DNA of 64,000 bases from Thermoplasmatota archaeon (GTDB taxonomy: Archaea; Thermoplasmatota; Penumbrarchaeia; Penumbrarchaeales; Penumbrarchaeaceae). The notes beneath the pieces were generated by a model. The model was given only the letters and a program-made list of their open reading frames with translations, had not been told where the DNA came from and did no database searches. Position 1 is the stretch's first letter; each line of letters starts with the position of its first letter. The stretch spans positions 15,281 through 79,280 of the forward strand of contig CBDDUX010000063.1 in the NCBI GenBank assembly GCA_965234725.1. The letters are read 5' to 3'. Of the stretch, positions 36,885 to 47,748 are shown one piece after another. The position numbers and the translations under genes were made by a program.

Positions 36885-39800
36885 ATGGTAAACGAATCGT
36901 CTTCTCACAAATGGAGAACGAGTCTTTTCGGAAAAATGATGATCATAGGGGTATGTGGCATCCTAATGGGTGCAATACCCATGACAGCAGCCGTCAGAGA
37001 GGACCTGCAGCAGGTCTATGACCGGAAGATAACCACTTCCGGTGCATTAACGGGGTGGAACCTGACCAAGATAGGTGATATCAACGGAGATGGTTCAGTG
37101 GATTACGGAATGGGGTCTCCGGGTGAGAACAAGGCCTACGTATTCTTCGGTCCCCTTGCCAATAACTTCAATCCCGCATCCACAACCACCGGATGGGTGA
37201 TTTCAGGACCATCGAATTCCGATTTTGGATGGGATATCCAGGGTATTGGAAACTATGATGGAGATCAGTATGACGATCTCATTGTTGGTGCACCAGGTGT
37301 AGACAAGGCCTATATCTGGAAAGGCAGGTCAAGTGGAGTTTCGACATCATATACTTCCGCCAACCTTCAGATAAACGGGACGGACGGAGAGATGTTCGGC
37401 CATTCTGTTTGCGGGCTGAACTATGATGGAGATGAGGGGTGGTTCGCGGCTGTCGGTGCACCCATGAACATCCATTTCCTGGAGGATGTGGGAGACTATC
37501 AGTCCGGTGCCGTTTTCATGTTCAACCTTACGGCATTTTCAACATTCCCCTCCAAATATATGGAATCCTCCAATGCCAATTTCACTTACACAGGAGACGT
37601 TTACAGCGGGAGGTTCGGGCATATCGTCAGGAACGTTGGAGACCTCAACTATGATTCCATCGATGATCTTGGAATGGGTGATCCGTTCTATTCACCCTCC
37701 GGATATACTGACAAGGGAGCTTTCTACTTCCAATTCGGTAAGAATGTCCTTGCGGAACCTCCTCAGAAGTCCACATCAGATCTCGATGGGATAATATCTG
37801 GTAGAAATCAGTCCAAATTCGGTTGGTCCGCAAAGGGACTGGAGGATGTAGGTGGATCATTTGAGGACGATATCATGATTGGAGCTCCTTATGAGGGAGA
37901 AGGAAAAGCCTTTTTATTCTTCGGAGTGAACGGATCTTTCCCAAGTAAGGACCTTGCAGGAACGGATACACCGGATAATGAATTCAACGGGACCAATCCC
38001 GGAGATCTGTTCGGTTGGTCATTCGATAGGACCATGATCGCCGGGACCACTTTTGCTCTCTCGATATCAGCTCCAGGTTATGATAATGGGACGAAAGTGG
38101 ATGCAGGTGCGATTTACAGCTTCTGGTCCTGGTCAGGCCAGGAATCAGCTGATAATGCAAAGAGTGCATTCATCGGAGAAACTGCCGATGAAATGCTGGG
38201 ATATTCACTCTGCGAGGTGAACTACACTCTAAGCAATACAGGTCCCGTAAGGGTGATAGGGATACTGGCTTCCTCACCTTTCTACGGATCTACCAATGGG
38301 GGAAGGATCCAGATTTTTAAAAGGAACCAACTGCCCGAGCTCAGCCCTGTGAACATCAACTTTAAACATGGTAACCCATCAACGATATTCACGATCACTG
38401 TGGAATATTCCGACCCGGATAATGATGCTCCGGCCTATGTCAAGGTCGACTTCTTCTATGACCAATCCGGTGACAACCTCGCCAAGACGGTTACACTCAA
38501 CAGGGTTTTCTCGGACACAGATCCCTTTTCTGTTGGTGTTACCTATGAGTCAATGACAACACTTCCAAATTCCATAAGAAGGGATTCTCCGAATGCAAAC
38601 CTGTATCTCATAGGCTATACCCGGGCAGTCCGTGGCTCGATCTCAATGGTCTTCTCAGGAGTCATTGTGCCTGGTCCCGAGGTAGATGGGATCATCCCAT
38701 CAGCAGCTGACAACCTCAATGTCATTGGATGGGACACACTCCCCGAAGAGGATCTCATTGAAGGAAGCTTCAAGATATCCTGGGAATGGCCCGAGGACGA
38801 TGATGGAACTCTTTCTTCTGAATACAGTAGAAAGGTGAGCAAGCTGGAGATAAGGTATTTCCAGGGAAATGTGACAATGACCAATAGCAATTGGGATAAT
38901 GCGGTGAGTTACATTACATTCTCCAGTTCCACGGAGTTAAAGAACCCCTTTGCAAACCAGCAACTATTGATCGGAGCAGAGGATGAGACCATCAAACCGT
39001 TCCTCTACTACTCAGTGGCCATGAGGGCTTATGACGAGGAAGATAATGAAGGCAATGTATCCGCAACCCTCACCACTCAGGCATACTGGAGAAGACCAGA
39101 AATACCCGGACCTTGTGAGAGTGTGGATATATTCGATTACAAAGGTCCGGACAACATGGGTGATGATGGAGGCAAGCTTTTGGTCCAATTCACACCTCCG
39201 AACCTTGCGGTTCCCATGGATATCTCATATTATGAGGTGTTCGTTACCGAGGCAGAGGGATTCGATCTGGACAATCTTTCTGACTACAACAAGATCGATT
39301 GGGAACCGGACATGATAATTACCAAAGTAAATGAGGAGGCTTTCTACAACACGACATTTATCCTGGATTCCTATCATGGCGGGGACCTCCTTGACGGTGG
39401 TTATTATTATGTTGCCATCGTCCCTGTCAATTGGCTGGACCAGCATTCCAGGATCGTCACCTGGTCTGACCCGGAGATAGAGGTCAAGATCATCAACGAC
39501 AACCTTTCAGCTATAGCAAGGATCAAGGGCGTTTCGGGAACATCCATCAACGGGGAGGCAAAGATCAGGGTTACATGGACCCCAACAACCGATACCAAGT
39601 TCACAAGATATGAGATCTATGGCCAATCCTTCTCCTATACCAATATCGATGATGCGGTTAAACTTGCAACGATCACAGAAAGGGGCCTTACGGAGTTCAT
39701 CGTAGGGGATATATCAGGAACTCCAATTTCCCAGGCACATCTCTATTTCTTCACGGTACTTGTTATGGACCACAACGACCATATTGATACGGCCATAGAT

Positions 39801-41591
39801 GATGACAATACCGTAAGAAGTGTGAAATACATCAACCCAGACTCCAACATCGCTGAACAGATAAAGGGAGTCTCCATGATGGATGTTCCAAACGACGGTG
39901 GCGGTGTCCTCACACTATCATGGTTCAGGACATTCGCACAGAACTTCTGGCAGTACAACGTCTATTTCAGCGATGAGCCGATCATGGACATCAGCACCCT
40001 TGATCCAATATCAATGATCACAAACAAGCAGAAGACCGACCTGTTGATAGAGGAATACGATGGTGATCCACTTGTTGACGGAACTGATTATTACGCAGCT
40101 GTAACCATAGTCGACTGGGACCTCGAGGAGAACCTCTTCGTGGACGATAATAATTCGGCATCGGCCCAATCGATCAACCAGTCCGATTTCGAGGCTCCCG
40201 GGACCTATCCTGGTAACGTGAAGCAATCAGGGGATCTGACAAATACCGAATTCACCGTCTCCTGGGACCCCATTTCCATCGATCAGATACCAGATTTCAG
40301 CCATTACCTGGTCACGGTATCAGGACCCAAGGGTACTGATAAGTTTATTGTCGAGGGAGGAATTGGAACATCTTCTTTATTGGTAGACAGGTTGACCAGG
40401 GGAACAAAGTACTATGTCAACGTCTCCATAGTTGACGATAACGGAAACTTCGGACCCGGATCACCATCTATCGAGATCACAACCGCTGGAGCCGACCAAC
40501 CTCCAATGGTTGTTAAGATAACGGTCACCATTGGGGAAGATCTCTACAATCTCAACAATACGGAGGAGGTCGATGTCGACCTGAATGATTATTCAGTGAT
40601 CTATTTCACCGGAGAGGGTAGTGATGATTATACTGTCAGTTCCAGACTTCTCTATTCCTGGAATTTAACACTGCCCTCCGGAGAGTCTGTGGAGAAGACA
40701 TCATACGCATTCGATCTGGACCTCTCTGAAACAGGAACATATTCCATCAAGTTGGTCGTCACTGACCAGGCTGGGATGGAATCCGAGGATTTCATTATCA
40801 CAATAAAGGCAGAAAAACCCGGTGAGACCACGACCACACCCATATTCCTTATCATAATCATTGTAATCGTGGCAATCATCCTTGCTATTGTGGTCGTTCT
40901 GTTCGTTCTATTCTCTGGAAGCAGGTCCCAGAGGAGTCAGAAGCTTGAAGAATACAAGGATAGAAGACAGAACATCGAGTCTATGGAACCCATCTATGCC
41001 AACCTTCCCACCTGGACATGTGACTGCGGGACGACCTCTGTCACACTCATCGAGAACGCCTACTGTAATTCCTGTTATCAATCCCACGAGGCCGTTCCGA
41101 TAGATGGTATCGATACATACCTCATGGAACACGATCTGGTCCTTGCGGAGATGAAGATCGTCGTTACACCTGGCTGGCAGGGACAGGATGTTGCAAAGAC
41201 CGATGCGGCAATGGACCTGGATAGGAGGAAGAAGAGGGCCATGGATGCTCTTAACGAGGAGTATGCCCCATGGCTTCAGGGTACAGAATACGAGAAGGAA
41301 CTCGAGAACCTGCCAAAGGAAGGCATGGAAGAACCAGAAGGGCCCAAAGTGGATAAACTCCATCACGATGGAGCTATCATTCCAGGTCAGATGCCTCCAT
41401 CCGGACCCATCCAGCCCCAGGTAGGAGGACCTATACAGCCTCAGGTGGGAGGAGGACCTATAAGACCAATGGTGGGTGGTCAACCAGGACCTGTTAGACC
41501 TCCAATGGTTCAGCAGCAAGGAGCTCCAGGACCCAGACCTCCGATGCCTCAGGTTGGTCTCAATCAACAAAAGCCACCCCAAAATCCCTGA
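36885..41591 (+). CDS. Integrin-alpha-like FG-GAP propeller + FN3 + PKD surface protein with TM, cytoplasmic Cys motif and Pro/Gln tail
   Basis: FGW...GDxNGDG.DDLIVGAP repeats; FN3-like W/Y patterns; TM; CDC...CNSC; GGPIQPQV repeats. Confidence 0.82.
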   Translation: MVNESSSHKWRTSLFGKMMIIGVCGILMGAIPMTAAVREDLQQVYDRKITTSGALTGWNLTKIGDINGDGSVDYGMGSPGENKAYVFFGPLANNFNPASTTTGWVISGPSNSDFGWDIQGIGNYDGDQYDDLIVGAPGVDKAYIWKGRSSGVSTSYTSANLQINGTDGEMFGHSVCGLNYDGDEGWFAAVGAPMNIHFLEDVGDYQSGAVFMFNLTAFSTFPSKYMESSNANFTYTGDVYSGRFGHIVRNVGDLNYDSIDDLGMGDPFYSPSGYTDKGAFYFQFGKNVLAEPPQKSTSDLDGIISGRNQSKFGWSAKGLEDVGGSFEDDIMIGAPYEGEGKAFLFFGVNGSFPSKDLAGTDTPDNEFNGTNPGDLFGWSFDRTMIAGTTFALSISAPGYDNGTKVDAGAIYSFWSWSGQESADNAKSAFIGETADEMLGYSLCEVNYTLSNTGPVRVIGILASSPFYGSTNGGRIQIFKRNQLPELSPVNINFKHGNPSTIFTITVEYSDPDNDAPAYVKVDFFYDQSGDNLAKTVTLNRVFSDTDPFSVGVTYESMTTLPNSIRRDSPNANLYLIGYTRAVRGSISMVFSGVIVPGPEVDGIIPSAADNLNVIGWDTLPEEDLIEGSFKISWEWPEDDDGTLSSEYSRKVSKLEIRYFQGNVTMTNSNWDNAVSYITFSSSTELKNPFANQQLLIGAEDETIKPFLYYSVAMRAYDEEDNEGNVSATLTTQAYWRRPEIPGPCESVDIFDYKGPDNMGDDGGKLLVQFTPPNLAVPMDISYYEVFVTEAEGFDLDNLSDYNKIDWEPDMIITKVNEEAFYNTTFILDSYHGGDLLDGGYYYVAIVPVNWLDQHSRIVTWSDPEIEVKIINDNLSAIARIKGVSGTSINGEAKIRVTWTPTTDTKFTRYEIYGQSFSYTNIDDAVKLATITERGLTEFIVGDISGTPISQAHLYFFTVLVMDHNDHIDTAIDDDNTVRSVKYINPDSNIAEQIKGVSMMDVPNDGGGVLTLSWFRTFAQNFWQYNVYFSDEPIMDISTLDPISMITNKQKTDLLIEEYDGDPLVDGTDYYAAVTIVDWDLEENLFVDDNNSASAQSINQSDFEAPGTYPGNVKQSGDLTNTEFTVSWDPISIDQIPDFSHYLVTVSGPKGTDKFIVEGGIGTSSLLVDRLTRGTKYYVNVSIVDDNGNFGPGSPSIEITTAGADQPPMVVKITVTIGEDLYNLNNTEEVDVDLNDYSVIYFTGEGSDDYTVSSRLLYSWNLTLPSGESVEKTSYAFDLDLSETGTYSIKLVVTDQAGMESEDFIITIKAEKPGETTTTPIFLIIIIVIVAIILAIVVVLFVLFSGSRSQRSQKLEEYKDRRQNIESMEPIYANLPTWTCDCGTTSVTLIENAYCNSCYQSHEAVPIDGIDTYLMEHDLVLAEMKIVVTPGWQGQDVAKTDAAMDLDRRKKRAMDALNEEYAPWLQGTEYEKELENLPKEGMEEPEGPKVDKLHHDGAIIPGQMPPSGPIQPQVGGPIQPQVGGGPIRPMVGGQPGPVRPPMVQQQGAPGPRPPMPQVGLNQQKPPQNP

Positions 41592-41608
41592 AAACTATCT
41601 AAATTGCT

Positions 41609-41640
41609 GCGGGGAGTTACCCCTCCCCGCCATTTTTCTC
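41609..41640 (+). terminator. Hairpin terminator
   Basis: GCGGGGAG/CTCCCCGC stem followed by CATTTTTCTC, 18 nt after the stop. Confidence 0.65.
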
Positions 41641-41688
41641 TTAACTTATCTATATTAGAAGGCAATCCTAGAGCGAGGAATGTCCTAA

Positions 41689-42792
41689 ATGGCCACCATT
41701 GAAGAGCAGATCAAAGAGGTCGAAGACGAGATCTTCAATACTCAAAAGAACAAGGCCACAGAGCATCATATAGGCAAATTGAAGGCAAAGATGGCAAAAC
41801 TAAGGGCACAGCTGGAACTGCACCGGACAAAATCCTCCGGAGGTGGAAAGGGTTTCTACATCAAGAAGGCAGGAGATGCCACGGTTGCCCTTGTAGGTTG
41901 GCCATCGGTTGGGAAATCATCCCTCCTCAATAAGTTCACAGGATCCAAGAGTGAGATCGCTGCATATCAGTTCACCACTTTAGAGGTCATTCCAGGCATC
42001 ATGGAATACAAAGGGGCAAAGATCCAGATACTGGATATGCCTGGTATCATCAAAGGGGCTTCGAAGGGGAAGGGTAAAGGCAAGGAGGTCATCGCGGCTG
42101 CCAGGAATTCGAATATCATCCTACTTATGGGGGATGTCTTCAATTACAGGACCGATATCCTTGAGAGGGAACTCTACGATGCTGGCATACGACTTGACCA
42201 GAAGAAGCCCAATATAACCTTCACACATTCCGACAGGGGAGGAATGGTGGTCAGGTCCACTGTGGAAATTACAAAGATGACAGAGGACCAGATCATTGAG
42301 ATCGTCAGGGCCTATGGTCTGATATCCGGAACGATCGTATTCCGTGAAGATGTGGAACCGGACAGACTTGTTGATTTTCTGGCAGGGAATCGAGTTTACA
42401 TACCTTCCATTGTGGTTATCAACAAGTTCGACCAGGCATATACCAATGTAAAAGAGAATATCCGCAAATACTGCAAACGTGACTGGCTGGAACTATCTGT
42501 GGAAAGCGGACAGGGGATGGAGGAGTTGAAGGAGATGTTATTCCAGTTTCTGAATTTCATCAGGGTATATCTGAAACCCCATGGCAGGGCCGCTGATATG
42601 GAGGAACCCCTGGTGATAATGGGAGGTTCCACGGTTCAGACGGTTTGTGAGCACCTTCATAGGGATTTCGTTGAGAACTTCAGGTTCGGGAATGTATGGG
42701 GTCCTTCGGCGAAGTATCCCGGACAGGCGGTAGGTCTAACTCATAAGATGAAGGATGGTGACGTTCTTTCGATAATAGTGAGAAAGAAGTGA
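41689..42792 (+). CDS. DRG/Obg-family GTPase with TGS domain
   Basis: TQKNKATEHH, GWPSVGKS, FTTL, DMPG, NKFD. Confidence 0.95.
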   Translation: MATIEEQIKEVEDEIFNTQKNKATEHHIGKLKAKMAKLRAQLELHRTKSSGGGKGFYIKKAGDATVALVGWPSVGKSSLLNKFTGSKSEIAAYQFTTLEVIPGIMEYKGAKIQILDMPGIIKGASKGKGKGKEVIAAARNSNIILLMGDVFNYRTDILERELYDAGIRLDQKKPNITFTHSDRGGMVVRSTVEITKMTEDQIIEIVRAYGLISGTIVFREDVEPDRLVDFLAGNRVYIPSIVVINKFDQAYTNVKENIRKYCKRDWLELSVESGQGMEELKEMLFQFLNFIRVYLKPHGRAADMEEPLVIMGGSTVQTVCEHLHRDFVENFRFGNVWGPSAKYPGQAVGLTHKMKDGDVLSIIVRKK

Positions 42793-42859
42793 AATTGAAC
42801 CTTTCAACCATAAAGATTATCATATCTTCTTCAGTAGTTCCATTGAAGGAAGGGGACAC

Positions 42860-43810
42860 ATGGAAGAAGACGACAGGATCTATGATGTGATCGTCATTGG
42901 AGGAGGACCAGCCGGTACCTCCGCTGCTATTTATACCTCGAGAGGAAAGTTGGATACGATCGTTATCGATAAGGACATCGGACAGGGAGCCATGGGTGGA
43001 GACCACCTTGTTGCCAACTATCCTGGATTCCCTGAGCCAATGAAGGCCGAGGAGATCCTCAAGAAGATGAGAGAGCAAGCTGAGAACCTGGGAACGGAGT
43101 TCTTACAGGACAAGATCATCTATACGGATTTCAGGAAGGAAATGAAGGAGATCTCCACGCCATCCAGGAAGATCAAGGGAAGGACCATCGTACTTGCTAC
43201 GGGTTCAATGGGAAGGGAACCTTCTATTGAAGGAGAAGGGATGTTCATTGGAAGAGGGGTTGCATACTGTGCAATCTGTGACGGAGCTTATTTCGAGGGG
43301 AAAAGCGTAGCTGTGATAGGTCAGGTGGACAGGGTCCTGGAAGAGCTGGAAATGATCGAGAAATATGCCAGTAAGATATATTTCCTGTCTCCAACGGGAA
43401 AGATATCCGATAAGGACCTCCATAAGCTATCAGGTATCAAGGGTCTTTCAACACTTCCGGGACATAAGATCAAAAAGATACTCGGATCAATGAAGTTCGA
43501 GGGCCTTTTACTTCAGGGTCCTGACGGGGAAGAGAGACTGGAGGTGGATGGGGTCTTCGTATATCTTCAGGGGAATAATCCGGTTACCGATTACCTTGTA
43601 GATACTGTCGAAAAAGGTGACAATGGCTGCCTCAAGGTTGATGAGATATCGATGGAGACCTCCATACCCGGGATCTATGCTGTAGGAGATATCAGATGCA
43701 AACCGCATAGACAGATATCCATCGCTGTCTCAGATGGATGCAGGGCTGCCCTTTCTGCTGACAGATTCATAAAAGGAAAGGAAAAAGCAGGTTCCCAGTG
43801 GGGGACCTGA
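42860..43810 (+). CDS. trxB: Thioredoxin reductase-like flavoprotein
   Basis: GGGPAG, NYPG, CAICDG, TSIPGIYAVGD; second dinucleotide motif atypical (GQVDRVLEE). Confidence 0.85.
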   Translation: MEEDDRIYDVIVIGGGPAGTSAAIYTSRGKLDTIVIDKDIGQGAMGGDHLVANYPGFPEPMKAEEILKKMREQAENLGTEFLQDKIIYTDFRKEMKEISTPSRKIKGRTIVLATGSMGREPSIEGEGMFIGRGVAYCAICDGAYFEGKSVAVIGQVDRVLEELEMIEKYASKIYFLSPTGKISDKDLHKLSGIKGLSTLPGHKIKKILGSMKFEGLLLQGPDGEERLEVDGVFVYLQGNNPVTDYLVDTVEKGDNGCLKVDEISMETSIPGIYAVGDIRCKPHRQISIAVSDGCRAALSADRFIKGKEKAGSQWGT

Positions 43811-43900
43811 TATCGATAAAGAGCCCACATAACTGTACTTGCACCAATAACAATTAAAAAGGGAAAGGACCCTGATTGATAATAGCGGGGGTAATTCCTA

Positions 43901-46900
43901 TTGAGAGGAATAGTTGTAATGGTCCTTGTGTTCTTACTCTCATTTCCAATCAATATTGTATCCGGAGAAGATGAAGGCCGGGAGAGGGTCATTCAAGAAT
44001 TTTCAGAAAGTCCTCCGATAGGATCCTTTCCGCCAACCACTATTGACGGTGATGATCAACTTGCCACCTTCATAAGCAATAATAATTTCACAGGGAATGG
44101 GACGGAGGAGGACCCTTTCATTATTGGTGATCGAACCTTTGATGTCACTAATTCCAGCTTTGGCCTTTACATCTCAAACATTACTACCTTCTGTTTTAGA
44201 ATTATTGATTGTTCATTTGAAAATAATGATCCAAACAATCTATCGATTTTACCAACAGGACTGATAATCAAAAAATGCAAGAACATCAATATCAACAATT
44301 GTTCTTTCAGGGGAAATGAGAATGGGTTATTAGAAGACATGAACTCAAATATAAAGATAATAAACTCCACATTCGAAGATCTATCTGGACATGGTATCTT
44401 GGGTTTTTCTGGAACCAAAGGTATTGATTTCGATGGTTGTTCATTTACCAACTGCCTAAATGGGATCAATATGACCGTATCCAAGTTCAATATCAGAAAC
44501 TCCACTTTTAGGAATAACAGGGAATACGGAATATTTTCCAGATCGATCCTTAGAGATTCAACGGTATTTGATTCTATTTTCCTGGAAAATGAAATTGGGA
44601 TCGAGATCATTGATCATACATACTTTGAAGCAAAATGCAGAATTAGTAACAATTTATTCGCCTTTAATAACGGATACGGAATTTATTCCATAGAAGATTC
44701 AAGGATTTTCAATAACACGTTCATCGAAAACAATAACCAGTCCGGACAGCTAATGAATGGATCTTCACAAGCATTGGGATTCTATGATTCCCCTTATTGG
44801 GAATTCAAAGGAAGAGGCAACTTCTGGTCCGATCATAACCTAACCGATTCGAATTACGATGGTGAAACGGATAATCGCTACCGTCTTGATGATATCTATT
44901 CAACGAGTTACGATGAACATCCTCTCTCATATGTCCCTCAAATAGGTATCCCGGATTTCAGGATATTTACTGGTAACTCTGAGGTAGAGATCGAGATAAT
45001 AAATTGGACTGAATTCAATTTCTTTGATCATATAGGATTCAGAATTTACAGGTCAGAGGACCTCATCAACTGGACACATGTAACTGACCTCCCCCTCCCC
45101 ATTACAGAATACACGGACAAGACCGTTTGGAACGATCACACCTACTATTACAAAGTGACATGCCTCGGGAAGCTTCAAGGTTACGACTGGGTCGGGGAGG
45201 GGTTCAGAGGTCCTATCCTGAACGAGACGCCGAATGGGAAAGCATCCGAGATCACATTCCTTTTCCCGGTCCATGGGATGGTATACGGTGTGGAAGATAT
45301 TCTGGTCACATGGACGGTCGTGGATGACCAGGACCGCCTTGAAAGCGTAGAGATCAGTGTCAATGGATTAGATTGGCAGCCCTATTACAATAATTCTTTT
45401 CTTATGAAAGGCCTTACGAACGGGACCTATTCTTTTGGAATAAAGGCCCGGGATGAAGCAGGCAATACCGCAGAGAAATTCATTTCTTTCACCATTGATA
45501 TGGATGATCCCATAGTGGAGATCCTCAATCCGCTTCCCGGGTCCTACATCACCGAGACACCCTTCAAGATCGAATGGAGGATCTTTGACCCCACTACAGA
45601 GATCATGGGGATGAGCCTTATCGTTGACGGATCAAGCGTATCCGTTGATCTCGGAGATGAAAGCCTGACATTGGACTTGAAAGACGGCAGCCATAGAATA
45701 AATCTTGAAGCATGGGATATTAACTTAAGGAGAAGTGGGGCATATTCGAATTTCATCGTTGATACCGTTCCACCGATGATCAATATCATCTCCCCGAAAT
45801 GGAATGAAGTTGCAGGACCAGGATCCCTTGATCTGGAATACGAGGTATCTGATATTACATCAGGTGTGGATTATGTGCTTTACAGGATCGATAATGGGAA
45901 CTGGCACCAGGCAAAGAGCGAGACCGAGATCGATACTTCCAAATTGAACCATGGAGAGCACAAACTGGAGCTCCTTGCGGAGGATATTGCAGGGAACATC
46001 GGATATGACCACATCAGATTCATGATCGACAGGAGATCGCCTTCAATCACAATATACCATCCAGTTAATGGTTCCAGGATTAACAGATTGATAGATATCA
46101 GAATGGATTGGGAAGCCGAAGATAAGGAGAGTGGATTGGACCTTTTAAGGATCGATTTCGATAATACCAGCAACCACATGATCATCGAGGACCCCGAAAT
46201 AGGTCATTGCTTCCTCTATTTCTCCGAAGCAGGCCCTCATACTATCAAGGTGACCCTCTTTGACCTTGCAGGTAACAGTGATACCGAGTTGATCGATATC
46301 TTCATCGATATTACAGCACCATTCATCAGAAGTGTCAATCCCCATGGAAATGATGTTCCCACATCATCATACTTCACCATCCTGTTCAGTGAATTGATGG
46401 ATGAGACCAGGACTGTAATCTCGATCTCCGGTGTCAACAGCCATGGTTACTTCACAGGACCTATGTACAATTTGTTTCCAGATGGTGACCTTGAAACGGA
46501 CACAAGATACACTCTGCTTGTCAGGGGATACGACCTTGCAGGGAATGAATTGACCCTGCAGGAGGTCTCCTTCACCACATGGAAAAAAGGTACTGTTCAC
46601 GGAACTGTCAGAGAAAAGGATGGTGATCCGATACCCCATGTTTTTGTGAATGTGACCGGGGAGGAGCTGGAGATGGAAACCGATCTTGGGGGTAATTTCC
46701 AATTCGATCTGGTTCCAGGATCATATGAGATCAGGTTCTTCCTGACGGATTACAAGTCATACAAGATAGAAGTGAACGTTGAACCAGATGGGGATACTAT
46801 CATGGGGGATATCCTGCTGGAAAGGATAGGTTCATCAGATGAAAATACGAAAGGATCGGATGGTAGATGGATAGTCCTGTTCCTCCTTCTGGTGATCGGA

Positions 46901-47071
46901 GGTCTTCTGTCAACTGGCACTTTCTTGTTCTTCTACATCAACAAGGGAAAGGATGAATCAGTTGAATTGGAGAGCAAAGAAGATGATTACCTCGTTCAAA
47001 GAGGAGATGATCCGGATGAATACATCAAGCACGAGGGTAATATCGAAGAGGCTAAAAGGGACCTATGGTGA
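43901..47071 (+). CDS. Surface protein: right-handed beta-helix (NosD-like), FN3, Ig-like repeats, carboxypeptidase-regulatory-like domain, TM
   Basis: NNxF repeats, GNFWSD, DxAGN and IDxxxP Ig repeats, C-terminal TM. Confidence 0.82.
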   Translation: MRGIVVMVLVFLLSFPINIVSGEDEGRERVIQEFSESPPIGSFPPTTIDGDDQLATFISNNNFTGNGTEEDPFIIGDRTFDVTNSSFGLYISNITTFCFRIIDCSFENNDPNNLSILPTGLIIKKCKNININNCSFRGNENGLLEDMNSNIKIINSTFEDLSGHGILGFSGTKGIDFDGCSFTNCLNGINMTVSKFNIRNSTFRNNREYGIFSRSILRDSTVFDSIFLENEIGIEIIDHTYFEAKCRISNNLFAFNNGYGIYSIEDSRIFNNTFIENNNQSGQLMNGSSQALGFYDSPYWEFKGRGNFWSDHNLTDSNYDGETDNRYRLDDIYSTSYDEHPLSYVPQIGIPDFRIFTGNSEVEIEIINWTEFNFFDHIGFRIYRSEDLINWTHVTDLPLPITEYTDKTVWNDHTYYYKVTCLGKLQGYDWVGEGFRGPILNETPNGKASEITFLFPVHGMVYGVEDILVTWTVVDDQDRLESVEISVNGLDWQPYYNNSFLMKGLTNGTYSFGIKARDEAGNTAEKFISFTIDMDDPIVEILNPLPGSYITETPFKIEWRIFDPTTEIMGMSLIVDGSSVSVDLGDESLTLDLKDGSHRINLEAWDINLRRSGAYSNFIVDTVPPMINIISPKWNEVAGPGSLDLEYEVSDITSGVDYVLYRIDNGNWHQAKSETEIDTSKLNHGEHKLELLAEDIAGNIGYDHIRFMIDRRSPSITIYHPVNGSRINRLIDIRMDWEAEDKESGLDLLRIDFDNTSNHMIIEDPEIGHCFLYFSEAGPHTIKVTLFDLAGNSDTELIDIFIDITAPFIRSVNPHGNDVPTSSYFTILFSELMDETRTVISISGVNSHGYFTGPMYNLFPDGDLETDTRYTLLVRGYDLAGNELTLQEVSFTTWKKGTVHGTVREKDGDPIPHVFVNVTGEELEMETDLGGNFQFDLVPGSYEIRFFLTDYKSYKIEVNVEPDGDTIMGDILLERIGSSDENTKGSDGRWIVLFLLLVIGGLLSTGTFLFFYINKGKDESVELESKEDDYLVQRGDDPDEYIKHEGNIEEAKRDLW

Positions 47072-47073
47072 GA

Positions 47074-47748
47074 TCACTCGTATTCCACATACATATCAGT
47101 AATGAGGACCGTATTGACGGGCCTGTCATTTGAATCTGTCTGGGTCTCAGCGATCCTGTCTACTACATCCATTCCACTTACAACCATTCCGAATACGGTA
47201 TGTTCACCATCGAGATGGTGTGGTTCATTCTGACCCTCACCCTGGACAATGAAGAACTGGGACCCTGACATCCTGGTCTCTCCACCTCTCTTTGCCATGG
47301 AAATCGCTCCCCTGACATGGGTCAGACCGTTATCGGTCTCAGGTTCAATGGTGTAACCTGGTCCGCCTGTTCCATCACCGTTTGGGTCACCGCCCTGTAA
47401 CATGAAATCCGGGATGACCCTGTGGAATGTGAGTCCATCATAGAAACCCTGCTTACAGAGTTTCTCCATATTGGCACATGTGATTGGGGCCTTGTCCTCG
47501 TTCAGCGCTATTTTGATGGTACCATATCCGCTGACCTTGATATAGAGGAAGGGATCACCCTGGTCTACGATCTGTTCATCCAGGAACCTTCCGTTATCAT
47601 CCGGGAGGTCCTCTGTAGTGAAGATGAAGAAATTGGCGAATACAAGACCCAATACAAGGATCAGTATCGCTCCTCCAAGGATCATCAGTGGTATCAGATC
47701 GTTGCCACCTTGTCGGTCCTTCAAGATCATTCTCTTCATTATAATCAC
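47074..47748 (-). CDS. Membrane-anchored cyclophilin-type PPIase
   Basis: [37 protein letters not shown]-terminal TM. Confidence 0.92.
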   Translation of the reverse strand: MIIMKRMILKDRQGGNDLIPLMILGGAILILVLGLVFANFFIFTTEDLPDDNGRFLDEQIVDQGDPFLYIKVSGYGTIKIALNEDKAPITCANMEKLCKQGFYDGLTFHRVIPDFMLQGGDPNGDGTGGPGYTIEPETDNGLTHVRGAISMAKRGGETRMSGSQFFIVQGEGQNEPHHLDGEHTVFGMVVSGMDVVDRIAETQTDSNDRPVNTVLITDMYVEYE

